A DNA stretch of 59,526 nt from positions 1 to 59,526 of the IMG/VR virus record IMGVR_UViG_3300032330_001422. One strand, written 5' to 3'. The stretch's first letter is position 1. Each line of letters begins with the position of its first letter. The position numbers and the translations under genes were made by a program. This DNA comes from a virus (Duplodnaviria > Caudoviricetes). This document shows, piece by piece, positions 44,726-54,977 of this stretch. The notes under the pieces were generated by a model. It did no database searches and was not told where the DNA came from. It saw nothing but the letters and a program-made list of their open reading frames with translations.

Positions 44726-46007
44726 TTATAATATTAATAACTCTATTAACATATTTAAATTTCGTATATATATCCAATGTTTTAGATTGATAAAAATTAT
44801 CAGATAGTACGGTTTGAACAATTTTTTTTATGTGTAATATGTCCTCATATATAGAATAGTGTTTTTTAATATCTTCATCTTCAGATTTTGTAATAGATAA
44901 ATGAAAATTATCGTGTGAAATAATATGACATCCGGCAGCTAATGCTTCAATAAACCCAAGCGATTCATAAACCTTTTCATTTATCGATAAAAATATCTTG
45001 AATGACTTCATCTCATTTAGATAATCGGATCTATTTAATATACCATAATTAATAAAATTGTGATTATTAACTAATAATTTTTTTATTTTTTTAAAGTCAT
45101 CATCATCATTGACCGTAGTATATACCGTATATTTTTCACATAAATCATCTATTAATTTTATCTTTTCATCTACAAATTCATTTCCAATTACAAAGTTTAT
45201 ATCTTTTCCCCATAAAAGAATATCTTTATTTTTGTCAGAAAAATTGTTATTTTCACAAATATAAAATCCAATAAAACTATTTTCTTTTTTAGAAATTTCT
45301 TGTACATTCGACATATAACACATATTTTTATATGGAACTCTATAACCAAAATCTTTTTCAATATTATCTATATGATAATTTATATTTGTTCCCCAAACAT
45401 GAGGATGTAAAATTATCTTATTAGGATTAATATCTATCTTCAATTTTTTTAGTAACTTTGTAACGGCAATAGAACATACGATTTTATCTGCATGCTCTAT
45501 TTCATTTTTTATTAAATTTAAATTCTCATTTCTAATATTCCAATTCATATCTGTTATAAAATCGAGCGGAAAAACTGTGCTGTCAAATAACGTGACACAA
45601 GTATCATTCATCATTTTTTCACACATTCTTTCACACATGATAGTTGATTTCCATTGTATATCCCAGTAGTGTGGAAAATCGTAAATTAAAAGTATCTTTT
45701 TTTTATATAATTTTAAATACGAATTAAATTTATTATAAACATTTAAAGAGTTTGTTACTAAAGCATAAGACTCATTGTTTAATCTTGGCAAATACGTTAT
45801 GTATAAAGATTTTTTTATAACATAATCTTCAATGTAATCATATACATCTTTATCTTCAAAATAATTTTTAATTACTATAATATCATTATCTTTTATATTA
45901 AAATCATCTTTACTAGTACTAGTAAAATCTAAACTATATAGAAATTTGATTCCATGTTCTACGGATAGTTGAAAAAACAAATCATTGGTTAGTATTTTGT
46001 AGATCAT
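44688..46007 (-). CDS. GT18 (MGAT5/GnT-V-like) glycosyltransferase-family protein
   Basis: NSFIGF, LLWGK, NYGIL, YESLGFIEALAAGC parallel the MGAT5 motifs NSFLGF, LVYGK, NHGIL, YEGPAPLEAIANGC in the same order; start at MIYKIL. Confidence 0.68.
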   Translation of the reverse strand: MIYKILTNDLFFQLSVEHGIKFLYSLDFTSTSKDDFNIKDNDIIVIKNYFEDKDVYDYIEDYVIKKSLYITYLPRLNNESYALVTNSLNVYNKFNSYLKLYKKKILLIYDFPHYWDIQWKSTIMCERMCEKMMNDTCVTLFDSTVFPLDFITDMNWNIRNENLNLIKNEIEHADKIVCSIAVTKLLKKLKIDINPNKIILHPHVWGTNINYHIDNIEKDFGYRVPYKNMCYMSNVQEISKKENSFIGFYICENNNFSDKNKDILLWGKDINFVIGNEFVDEKIKLIDDLCEKYTVYTTVNDDDDFKKIKKLLVNNHNFINYGILNRSDYLNEMKSFKIFLSINEKVYESLGFIEALAAGCHIISHDNFHLSITKSEDEDIKKHYSIYEDILHIKKIVQTVLSDNFYQSKTLDIYTKFKYVNRVINIINDKHETEGSVYF

Positions 46008-46008
46008 G

Positions 46009-46371
46009 TCAAAAAATAATCTCCCCATCTATTAAAATACCTATAATTTTAATCCCAAGTTGTCTATCATCATTAGGCGGAATAAATACATCATCCAACT
46101 CAATTTCAAATTCACTTTTTCCTGAAGTGTTAAATTTAACAATATTAAGACAATCAGATTTAATATTCATTTTATTCCCATCAATTGTTAGTGTATTATC
46201 AATCTCACTAAGAGCTTTTATTGTAATAAACTCAACATTTGAAACAATGCCGTTTATTTTCTTAGAAGTCCAAACCCAAGAAAATTTTCTATCAGTTTCT
46301 AATGGAAATATTCCATCTAAAAATTGTACATTTTTTCTTGATTGATCTAACTGGTTAAAATTGATTATCAT
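46009..46371 (-). CDS. hypothetical beta-sandwich protein
   Basis: WVWTS...DDRQLGI motif typical of accessory domains of glycan enzymes. Confidence 0.6.
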   Translation of the reverse strand: MIINFNQLDQSRKNVQFLDGIFPLETDRKFSWVWTSKKINGIVSNVEFITIKALSEIDNTLTIDGNKMNIKSDCLNIVKFNTSGKSEFEIELDDVFIPPNDDRQLGIKIIGILIDGEIIF

Positions 46372-47455
46372 AACATTTTTTCATTAATTCGTAAACATGA
46401 TCTAAATCTGGATATGCCCATTCTTGATCTACTGAATAATTAGTACTAAACGATTCCATACCACTTACTTTATCTATTTTATATTTTACCAATCCATCAT
46501 AGTCCAAACCAAGATAGTCTACTTGACCGCCATAACCAGTAGTAATCACTTTTTTACCATAATTAAAAGCATCAAATATAGTGAGGCCAAATCCCTCTCC
46601 TTTGTTTAGACTCACATAACAATCGCCAAAACTATGTAATCCTAATATATCTCTGTTACTCAAATTATCCAATATAATATAAACAGATGTGCCTAACTTA
46701 TTAGTCAATTTATTAATAGTATTAATACAATATTGTCTATTAGTAGGATGATAGTCTCTATAATGAATCTTAATCAGAAGTTGGGTATCTGGATAATTAT
46801 CATTAAATTTATCAAATTCCGTTACTAAATTTTCTATACCTTTTCTAAAATTTAACTCTCCTATACTATAAAATGTATATTTGTTTTTGGGTACTACATT
46901 TCTTACATGATCATATATAGTTATACTGTCTTTATTAATTAAATTCTGATGATGCCATATATGAGGCACAACTTTTATATTAGAATTCACACCGGAATTT
47001 ATAAAACATTCTTTATTAAAGATAGATGGAACCCAAACTTCCGGTACAAGATTAATATAATCTACCCACTTTGATGGTAGCTTATTTGTTTCCCACGTAC
47101 AATATCCAACTACATTTTTAACTTTATTATTATGTGTTAACAATAAATCATTCCAAATGTCCGGAGTACTATGTAAGATTAAAGTATCGTAACTATCATA
47201 CGATATTCCAATTACACTTTCAGCTAAAGCATCTACATAATAATTCTTATCATTGTTACTATTATCAAATAGTAATGGCATCCAACTAACAGATACATTG
47301 CGTAAAACATAGTCTGCCAAATAGCCTTTAGCGGCACTAGCATAACCGCTAGTGCCGCTTTGACCAATATATTTAATAGTACCTACGTCGTTTATTTCGA
47401 CGGATGGAAGAATAAGCGGTTTACTACTAACTATTCGTGATACTTTCTTTATCAT
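46355..47455 (-). CDS. GT-B (GT4-like) glycosyltransferase
   Basis: SGYASAA, CTWETN, VWVPS, RKG, KGEGFGL; paralogous to 28027..29388. Confidence 0.88.
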   Translation of the reverse strand: MIKKVSRIVSSKPLILPSVEINDVGTIKYIGQSGTSGYASAAKGYLADYVLRNVSVSWMPLLFDNSNNDKNYYVDALAESVIGISYDSYDTLILHSTPDIWNDLLLTHNNKVKNVVGYCTWETNKLPSKWVDYINLVPEVWVPSIFNKECFINSGVNSNIKVVPHIWHHQNLINKDSITIYDHVRNVVPKNKYTFYSIGELNFRKGIENLVTEFDKFNDNYPDTQLLIKIHYRDYHPTNRQYCINTINKLTNKLGTSVYIILDNLSNRDILGLHSFGDCYVSLNKGEGFGLTIFDAFNYGKKVITTGYGGQVDYLGLDYDGLVKYKIDKVSGMESFSTNYSVDQEWAYPDLDHVYELMKKCYDNQF

Positions 47456-48408
47456 TTACCGATTGTTTTTATCAATTTAGCAATACAAGCCATAAATGTA
47501 ATTTCTTTATCTACAACCATTGCACTCTGATACATATATTCGGCAACTTCAATAATTACAGTTACTTCTTTACCCGGAGCAAAATCACTAGCTTTATCAT
47601 ACAATTCACTATATAATTCATCGAATGTTTTTGTTCCAGCATCTGCTACCAGCTGTCTGATCTCATTAAATGCTTTTGAATTTGTTTTACTGCCATTCAA
47701 AATAGAAATCAAACCGGATTTCAAGTCAACACTTGCATTCTGCGTCTTAACCAGTTTAAGACTCCCACTTGTACTACTCTGTTGTAGATAATTGATTACT
47801 TTACGAATGTCAGGATAAAAATTATCCAATACAATTTTCAAATCTGATAGTTCATACTTAACTGATTCTTTATCAAGAATGTTACGTACATAAACAGCTA
47901 CATCTTTTTTTGTGGGAGGTTCGATCTCAAATACTTGACAGCGACTAATCAATGGTTTGATGATCTTCTCTACGTAGTTACATGTTAAAATGAATCGTGT
48001 AGATTGACTATATGTTTCCATTAGATTACGAAGAGCCGCTTGAGCTTCAGTAGTAAAGAAATCAGCTTCGTCTAGAATAACAATCTTCAATGCTTGAAAA
48101 CCAGTAGATCCAGCAAATCCTTTAATCTTGGTACGTACCATTTCAATGCCGTTAGTATCACTAGCATTGATATAAATCACATCTGATGGAATGTTTTTGG
48201 TTAGAATCTTAGCAAGAGTAGTTTTACCAGTACCAGCTCCGCCATGAAACAATAAATGAGGAATGTCCTTTCGTTTGATAAAGTCATTCAAAATATCTTT
48301 CAAATGACTGTCGCAAATATAACCATCTACATTATTTGGACGATACTTTTCAGCCCAAAGAGTGTGTGACTGTGATTGCGATTCTGTTTCTTCAGAAAAG
48401 AAGCTCAT
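47452..48408 (-). CDS. clamp loader AAA+ subunit (RFC small subunit / T4 gp44-like)
   Basis: WAEKYRP, GGAGTGKTT, INASD, ILDEAD, QAALRN, SRC. Confidence 0.96.
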   Translation of the reverse strand: MSFFSEETESQSQSHTLWAEKYRPNNVDGYICDSHLKDILNDFIKRKDIPHLLFHGGAGTGKTTLAKILTKNIPSDVIYINASDTNGIEMVRTKIKGFAGSTGFQALKIVILDEADFFTTEAQAALRNLMETYSQSTRFILTCNYVEKIIKPLISRCQVFEIEPPTKKDVAVYVRNILDKESVKYELSDLKIVLDNFYPDIRKVINYLQQSSTSGSLKLVKTQNASVDLKSGLISILNGSKTNSKAFNEIRQLVADAGTKTFDELYSELYDKASDFAPGKEVTVIIEVAEYMYQSAMVVDKEITFMACIAKLIKTIGK

Positions 48409-48414
48409 ATAATA

Positions 48415-49152
48415 TTAGTCAACGTTTTTGATTTCAACCAAGTAGTAACTGCTGTTGAATGTATCATTGTTGAATTCAACATGAGCAATACCAGCATCAC
48501 TAATCTTTAGTACAGCATTTTCACAATCACTATTGCTAGTCAGAATCTCTTTTAGATACTTGGCACTGAAATGAATAGTCTTGGCAAGAGTGTCTTTACC
48601 CTCCGTTGGTTTAAAATCGATACTAATACGATTACTATTAACACTACTAAAACCAATAACTAACTTAAGTTTATCTTTCTTATCTTTGGTAAAAGTCAAA
48701 GTATCTACGTCACTCAAAGCATTCTTAGCTTTTACAAAAGTACCAACAAATTCTTTGGTAAGAGTAATTTCCAGATTGAACGGAGGCAACTTCTTGAGTT
48801 CTGGTACTTTAGGAATAACACTAAGATCTGCGGTAACATACTGTACATCAGTACTTTCTCCAGTTAACGATAGTGATACGATCTTATCTTCACGGGTATT
48901 AAATGAGATATTTACTTCATCATTCAAAACACTAAGAAGTTTCTTTAGTTTAGCCGTATCATTGATACCAATCTCAGCATCATTCAAACCAGCACTGTCT
49001 TTAATAACCACGAATGAAAGTACGTTCTTATCATCACTGATAGAAGCGGTTTTGATTTGTTTATTTGCACTGTCAACGACCCACTTTACACTTTCAATGG
49101 TTCCGTTGAGTGAATACTTGTCGATAAATGTATTAATTGTTTGTTTCTTCAT
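48415..49152 (-). CDS. sliding clamp (T4 gp45/PCNA-like)
   Basis: 245 aa between polymerase and clamp loader; two-domain beta pattern ending SSYYLV. Confidence 0.78.
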   Translation of the reverse strand: MKKQTINTFIDKYSLNGTIESVKWVVDSANKQIKTASISDDKNVLSFVVIKDSAGLNDAEIGINDTAKLKKLLSVLNDEVNISFNTREDKIVSLSLTGESTDVQYVTADLSVIPKVPELKKLPPFNLEITLTKEFVGTFVKAKNALSDVDTLTFTKDKKDKLKLVIGFSSVNSNRISIDFKPTEGKDTLAKTIHFSAKYLKEILTSNSDCENAVLKISDAGIAHVEFNNDTFNSSYYLVEIKNVD

Positions 49153-49160
49153 ACTCTATA

Positions 49161-49189
49161 ATCTTATTCTAAGTTTAATGTTTTGTCAA
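49161..49189 (-). promoter_or_regulatory. sigma70-type promoter giving a near-leaderless clamp mRNA
   Basis: TTGACA-17-TAAGAT, 8 nt before the ATG. Confidence 0.72.
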
Positions 49190-49191
49190 TT

Positions 49192-49599
49192 TTAAAATGT
49201 GAAATCGAAAAATTCTTCAGATGCTTTACACAAGTCTTCCATGGAACTCAAGCATTTAATACCATTTACATATAAATCGTCTGGCGATACATAAAAATAA
49301 CCAATTTTATAATCAGCATATGCCACTGTTCTCATTTGATAATATACCTTTACATTACTACTATCATTTGTTCTAAACTCAATATAATAGATTTTAGGAT
49401 CGCTTAACCTATATAACTGATTCTTCGGAACAAACAATTTATCACACAATATTTGATTTGGCGTAAATTCCACATATGGACCACGTTGTCCAATAACTAC
49501 ACGTTCATATTTACGAGCAATAACTGTATCATAACTTGTTTTTAACTCTAATGACGATCCCTCTTCGGATATTTTTAATAAATCTTTATACTTCTTCAT
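49192..49599 (-). CDS. hypothetical protein
   Basis: YERVVIGQRGPYVEF...YYQMRTVAYADY; start at MKKYK. Confidence 0.7.
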   Translation of the reverse strand: MKKYKDLLKISEEGSSLELKTSYDTVIARKYERVVIGQRGPYVEFTPNQILCDKLFVPKNQLYRLSDPKIYYIEFRTNDSSNVKVYYQMRTVAYADYKIGYFYVSPDDLYVNGIKCLSSMEDLCKASEEFFDFTF

Positions 49600-49606
49600 A
49601 ACAATT

Positions 49607-52258
49607 TTAAAAACTAAAAAACTCTTCCAATTTAACATCCGTCTCATTTGGGTAACTCCAATTCAACACATTATAAAAGTCTAACAACTTACCTCTGAGT
49701 TCTTGTTCATACATAGCGTTTCTATCTACATATTGTTCAATAAACTCTATAATACGATCAGGATCAGTACCATCCGCTTTCATAGCAATACCTTCGATAC
49801 CATATTGGTTTTGTTTTAGATATACCCACTTGATCTTTTGACCGTGGAAAATCTCAGGTACATCTTTGTCTAACTTCCAAGTCTTCAACAAATCATTATA
49901 AGCCAAAGCAGCTTTAGCTTGCGCTGGAGTACCATCCATAAATTGAAATGGATGTCTTGTTTTTGGATTATAATCATTATCTCCGTTTTGACTCTTAAAC
50001 TTTACACTGGTATTCTTCGCAATCTCAATAACTGGATAAGTAGACATCTTATCTTTAAATTCAAGAATACTTGCGTCAATTTGATCTTTTGGAAGTTTAC
50101 GCAACATGTCATCCAAAAACTTTTGCATAAACTTACGAAACCGAATTGGAAAACTAGTACGAACTACGTCAATACCTTTTACTTCCATTTCATCACACTC
50201 AATACCAGCTTTATTGATAATAAACTGAGCATATCGTTTCTTAGCTAACCAGAAACTGGTTTTAGCAATAACTTCTTGTTTTGCATCAAAACGATGTTTC
50301 TCAATATTGAAGTATCGTTTTGCCATTACATCATAGAACTTATTGACAAATGATTGTACATCACCAGTTACTTTCAAAATAGCCTCAGTCATTGCCTTTT
50401 CATCATTTAGATCAATATCAGGCATATTCTTTTTGATGATAGGTAATGCACTAGCAAAACAACTATCTGTATCTGTATAGATAACCCAATCTCCTTCTTT
50501 CTCATTCAATGAACGTTTGAAACACTCATTGATAGCTTTACCAGTAGATTTGATAATATCCTGACCAGTTATGGTAACAGCGCTTGCATTATCCTTATCA
50601 TAAAATCTAAAGATCGGTAACCCCAATACACCATAGATTGAATTAAGTAATACTTTTTGTACTTTTTGACGACCATCATAAAATTCATATTTTTCCCATT
50701 CTTTTAAATCTGCATGCTTTTTAGCAAGTTTACGAAGATCTTTACGTTCATCGAACCACTTTACTAGAATTTCTGGAATAACCCCAGTCTTATCTTTTTT
50801 ACACATTACACCATTACTAGCCACACTCAAATTGTTTTGGGTAACCAATTGTTTAAATTCATCATTGGTATAAACTGTAGATCCAACGTGATACTTAGAG
50901 ATTTTATCCTGAGCGAATAATCTAGCATTAAATGCGTACAATCGTTGTTCAAGATATTGAGAAAATGGAGTCTTCTTTTGAGCACTATCACCTAGATTCT
51001 CATAATCCTCGCGAATTTCTTTGGTACGATCTTCAACATAAGAATCGTCATATTCAATCTTATTAATAACTGCTACTTTAGTTTCAGGTGATAAGTTAAG
51101 ACTGATGATGATATTCGGATACATTGATGTAAGATCCAAGTCAAACACCCAATCATAACGACCGGGAGTAGGAGCTTTAACATAAGCACCTTCAAAACCC
51201 TGTTCATTGTCTTCCATTTGAGTTTCATATTCATCGCGACCATCCAATGATTTATTTTTAGCAACCTGTCCTTTACGACGTAGATACATAAGAATAGCAC
51301 CTTCAATGAAACGAGAACTCATTTCATACCATTCATATGGAACATGTCCTTTATGACAAATAGCCCTAGCCAATTCAATAAACTGTAACTTCTTTTCTAG
51401 TGCTACAATGATTTGTACGTCGTTCAAGTTATATTCAATGTACTTGTTGATATCAGCTTTGTACAAATCATCCAAACTACCTTTATAGGCAATCTTTTCC
51501 ATACCCACAATCTTTTTACCAATAGCTCCAAGAGCATAACTAGCTTCTTGTTTAATATTGAGCTTCTTGTAAAGAGTCATATAATCCAAATGAGTTACCC
51601 CAGCTACAATAACTTTTTTATTCCAGTCATTGATATAAGCAACTTGAATTGGACTCAAACGTTTTGCATTGTTTGGACCAACAATATTTTTCATACGACG
51701 AAACAGATATGGCATATCGAAGTTGTCACTATTCCATCCAGTACTAATAGTTGGTTGAATTTCTTCCCATTTAGTCAGAAAGTGCATCAATAGACTATCT
51801 TCATCTGTAAAGCTACGTACTTCTACATTTTCTTTAACAAAGTCATTTAACTTGTGTTCTTTGTCCAAGATGAAAGCTGTATATTTAGCTGTTAGACTAT
51901 CATAGATAGCAATAGCTGTAATTTCTTTGTCAGCTTCTTCTACATTTGGAAATCCACCCTCCGTACTAACCTCAATGTCAAGATATACAACACGATGTCC
52001 TTCAGATGGTTCATCACTATCCTCGTAAGCATCAATCAAGCAACGTGTTTCTGCCGGTACATCACTCTCGAACAAGCTCGGATCTTTTGGATTGAATTTA
52101 TAGACTTTTTCAAGTTCATCGCCATAAATACTGCGATACATTCCACCCTCACGTTTACGATAAGCATATGGCCGATATGGAATAGTTACATATCCATTAG
52201 TATCATCCCACAAGTGAATAATGTTGTCTTTCTTTGAAACAAATATATTTTGGTACAT
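49607..52258 (-). CDS. family B DNA polymerase (T4 gp43-like)
   Basis: Exo DIEV, GWNSDNFD, YNLND; polymerase DLTSMYP, KVLLNSIYG, YTDTDS, KKRY. Confidence 0.98.
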   Translation of the reverse strand: MYQNIFVSKKDNIIHLWDDTNGYVTIPYRPYAYRKREGGMYRSIYGDELEKVYKFNPKDPSLFESDVPAETRCLIDAYEDSDEPSEGHRVVYLDIEVSTEGGFPNVEEADKEITAIAIYDSLTAKYTAFILDKEHKLNDFVKENVEVRSFTDEDSLLMHFLTKWEEIQPTISTGWNSDNFDMPYLFRRMKNIVGPNNAKRLSPIQVAYINDWNKKVIVAGVTHLDYMTLYKKLNIKQEASYALGAIGKKIVGMEKIAYKGSLDDLYKADINKYIEYNLNDVQIIVALEKKLQFIELARAICHKGHVPYEWYEMSSRFIEGAILMYLRRKGQVAKNKSLDGRDEYETQMEDNEQGFEGAYVKAPTPGRYDWVFDLDLTSMYPNIIISLNLSPETKVAVINKIEYDDSYVEDRTKEIREDYENLGDSAQKKTPFSQYLEQRLYAFNARLFAQDKISKYHVGSTVYTNDEFKQLVTQNNLSVASNGVMCKKDKTGVIPEILVKWFDERKDLRKLAKKHADLKEWEKYEFYDGRQKVQKVLLNSIYGVLGLPIFRFYDKDNASAVTITGQDIIKSTGKAINECFKRSLNEKEGDWVIYTDTDSCFASALPIIKKNMPDIDLNDEKAMTEAILKVTGDVQSFVNKFYDVMAKRYFNIEKHRFDAKQEVIAKTSFWLAKKRYAQFIINKAGIECDEMEVKGIDVVRTSFPIRFRKFMQKFLDDMLRKLPKDQIDASILEFKDKMSTYPVIEIAKNTSVKFKSQNGDNDYNPKTRHPFQFMDGTPAQAKAALAYNDLLKTWKLDKDVPEIFHGQKIKWVYLKQNQYGIEGIAMKADGTDPDRIIEFIEQYVDRNAMYEQELRGKLLDFYNVLNWSYPNETDVKLEEFFSF

Positions 52259-52265
52259 ACAACCA

Positions 52266-52493
52266 CTATACTTTCAATTTGGCAACAAGTCCAGTGAAAA
52301 CTGCGTGATGTTCTTCTTTTACGTGTTGCGCGCACTGTAATATTCTGTCCATCAACCGTTTATGTTTAATAGATGTAAATAAAACAGGTTCTAATTCAAT
52401 ACCACTTAACACAGGTGGATCAATTTTATTTATACAAAACCACAACATTGCTAATTCGTCTTCTGTAAGAGACTCTAGATGATCTAATTTCAT
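52266..52493 (-). CDS. hypothetical protein
   Basis: 75-aa ORF in the polymerase operon. Confidence 0.6.
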   Translation of the reverse strand: MKLDHLESLTEDELAMLWFCINKIDPPVLSGIELEPVLFTSIKHKRLMDRILQCAQHVKEEHHAVFTGLVAKLKV

Positions 52494-53227
52494 TTTAGTT
52501 TAATTCCAAAAATGCTTTGTCCGTAATTTACAAATAGTGTGTTATCCAACTTAGATTTTAATGTGGTTAATTCCTTAGAATGTACGTCTTTTTCTTCATC
52601 TTCTACTTCTTTAACACTAAAACTATTACCCAGCTTGGTAACACTAGCTTCTCTAGCACTCATAACAATTTGTGGAGTAACAACCAGATAGTCTCCTGAT
52701 TTTAATTCTTTCTTCTTCTTAGACTTGTTATCCAATGCTGTTACCATACCACTAACTACATACAAGTGGGTAAACTTCTCGTTTGATTTAACAAAGAATG
52801 TAGATTGAGTAAATGCCACACTGCATAACGTTGTGAGTAGTGTATTGACATTGGTACTTTCACTAACACAATACAGTTCACCATTTACTGTAAAATTAAA
52901 CATTGCATCTTTTACTTTAACCACTTCTGGCAATTTAAAATCATTCACATACTCAGTGCTTGTTTGATTGAAGTATGTAGAAGTGTTTTCTTTCTGAAAC
53001 ACTGTAATACGATAGGGTAGTATATATGATACACTAGAGTTGGTTGTGTTTATATTGAGACTATTAGTAATAGTATACGTTTTACCTATAGTAGTAGGCA
53101 ATATGTTTAGTTTGTTGTTAATTACCTCGGTTAATTCTACATCATTGTTCTTATCATATAGAAATAGATCGTTTGCGTGTAGATTAAGTGCGGTCAATAG
53201 AATAGTTAGAAATTTTTTCATATACAA
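52490..53227 (-). CDS. secreted FecR-like beta-rich protein
   Basis: Signal-peptide-like MKKFLTILLTALNLHA; T.F.V.....THLYVVSGMV...LKSGD resembles a FecR domain. Confidence 0.5.
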   Translation of the reverse strand: MYMKKFLTILLTALNLHANDLFLYDKNNDVELTEVINNKLNILPTTIGKTYTITNSLNINTTNSSVSYILPYRITVFQKENTSTYFNQTSTEYVNDFKLPEVVKVKDAMFNFTVNGELYCVSESTNVNTLLTTLCSVAFTQSTFFVKSNEKFTHLYVVSGMVTALDNKSKKKKELKSGDYLVVTPQIVMSAREASVTKLGNSFSVKEVEDEEKDVHSKELTTLKSKLDNTLFVNYGQSIFGIKLK

Positions 53228-53278
53228 TATATAGTTTTTATAGATTGACTTTTATTAATTATACATTAACATGATAGA

Positions 53279-54169
53279 ATGTCAATTGAAGAAATTAAAG
53301 AAATAAAAAAGAAACGAGTCAGCTTTAGTCAATATTCCACATTTCTAAAATGTCCACATAAGTGGTATTTAGATTATGTTAAGAATCTAAGAGTTAAAGA
53401 TGATAACATTAACACTACGTTTGGAACAGCAATTCACCATGCGTTTCAAACATATCTTACTTCACTATATAATGAGGGTGTAGGTATTGCGGATTCATTG
53501 GATGTAAAGAAGTTATTTCTTGATAAATTTAACGAGGAAATTAAAAAAGTAAAAGATGTAAAAGAAGAAGAATTTACCGACTTTATTTTCGATGGCAATG
53601 ATATCGTCGATACATTCTGTAAGTCCGCTAATAGATTAAAACACTTTCCAACCAAAGATTATGAATTGGTAGGCATTGAAATTCCACTGGAGATCCCGAT
53701 TAAGAATAATGTGGAATTTGTAGGCTTCATTGATATCGTCCTAAAAGAACGAAACAAAGAATATTATCGTATTATTGACTTTAAAACATCTAGTAGTGGA
53801 TGGAATAGTTATATGAAAGAAGATGTAAGTAAACTTGCTCAGTTACATCTATACAAAAGTGTTTATAGCAAAAAGTTTAATGTACCACTCAATAATATCG
53901 AAGTTGAATTCTTTATTGTTAAACGTAAGCTATATGAAAACGTAAGCTTTCCTCAAAGTAGAATTCAGGTATTTAAACCAGCTGCAGGTCCAACCATCAT
54001 CAAAGAATCAATTAAATCGTTTATTGAGTTCTTAGATTATGGATTTACTCCAGATGGTAATTATAATGAAAGTAATCAGTATATAAAAGTTCCCGGTAAT
54101 GGTAAAAAGAATTGTAAGTATTGCACCCATTACAAAAAACTGTGTGATGGTAAAGCTACCAAATTATAA
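53279..54169 (+). CDS. PD-(D/E)XK nuclease (RecB/AddB-like exonuclease)
   Basis: SFSQ...CPHKW, FGTAIH, GFIDIV, IIDFKT, QLHLY, CKYC.....C. Confidence 0.9.
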   Translation: MSIEEIKEIKKKRVSFSQYSTFLKCPHKWYLDYVKNLRVKDDNINTTFGTAIHHAFQTYLTSLYNEGVGIADSLDVKKLFLDKFNEEIKKVKDVKEEEFTDFIFDGNDIVDTFCKSANRLKHFPTKDYELVGIEIPLEIPIKNNVEFVGFIDIVLKERNKEYYRIIDFKTSSSGWNSYMKEDVSKLAQLHLYKSVYSKKFNVPLNNIEVEFFIVKRKLYENVSFPQSRIQVFKPAAGPTIIKESIKSFIEFLDYGFTPDGNYNESNQYIKVPGNGKKNCKYCTHYKKLCDGKATKL

Positions 54170-54212
54170 TTAATATCTCACATATGTATATATCTATATA
54201 TGTACATATGTT

Positions 54213-54428
54213 ATGGATCAATTTGTTACAACAGTAAAACTTAATCAAGAATTATATAATCAGTTTAAAGAACTGAATATAAGAGGCAAAATATCTTTTC
54301 AAGATTTTGTAAATAAGTGTCTTGAAAAATATCTATCTGACACTGAATTTCAATCTGAAATCAGCGAAAGCATTTCCACAAAATTAAGTTTTAATGCTCC
54401 ATTTTCATTATCAAAGGAATCTAAATGA
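54213..54428 (+). CDS. ribbon-helix-helix-like DNA-binding protein
   Basis: TTVKLNQELYNQFK...SFQDFVNKCLEKY. Confidence 0.65.
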   Translation: MDQFVTTVKLNQELYNQFKELNIRGKISFQDFVNKCLEKYLSDTEFQSEISESISTKLSFNAPFSLSKESK

Positions 54429-54976
54429 AAAAGAAAAAGATACTATTATTGAGTGATGATCTAAGAATGCATAGTGGTGTGGCTACAATGAGTCGAGAAC
54501 TCGTATTAGGCACTCTTCATCACTATGACTGGGTGCAAATTGCTGGAGCTATTAAACATCCAGAGGCAGGCAAAGTTGTAGACATGAAAGACGCATGTGA
54601 TAAATTGAATGGTAGAAATGATAACTATCTGAGATTATATCCTGTGGATGGTTATGGTGATGAAGAAATTCTTTATCAAATCATGGCTATTGAAAAACCC
54701 GACGCAATTATGCATTTCACAGATCCTCGTTTCTGGGGATGGTTGTATAACATTGAACATCAACTTCGAAGCAAGATTCCTCTAACATATCTTGATATTT
54801 GGGATGATCTACCATATCCAATGTGGAATAAACCATTCTATAAGAGTTGTGATGCTTTGTTTGCTATCAGTAAACAAACAGATAATATCAATAAATGGGT
54901 ACTTGGACCCGAAAATTGTACCAGTATCTATGGAGATTTTGACACCAACGGAAATTTAATTAAGGAGAACATTTAA
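54425..54976 (+). CDS. GT-B glycosyltransferase, N-terminal half (split gene)
   Basis: KILLLSDDLRMHSGVA, PDAIMHFTDPR, IWDD, AISKQT. Confidence 0.82.
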   Translation: MKKKKILLLSDDLRMHSGVATMSRELVLGTLHHYDWVQIAGAIKHPEAGKVVDMKDACDKLNGRNDNYLRLYPVDGYGDEEILYQIMAIEKPDAIMHFTDPRFWGWLYNIEHQLRSKIPLTYLDIWDDLPYPMWNKPFYKSCDALFAISKQTDNINKWVLGPENCTSIYGDFDTNGNLIKENI

Positions 54977-54977
54977 T

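Noticed and set aside
48581-49195. 204-aa plus-strand ORF and other short antisense ORFs in the track (e.g. 193..450, 30043..30405, 51413..51793)
   Set aside because: Shadows of well-supported opposite-strand genes, with no motifs
53279-54169. Cas4 / CRISPR-Cas system
   Set aside because: No repeat-spacer array or other cas genes seen; such nucleases are common stand-alone phage genes
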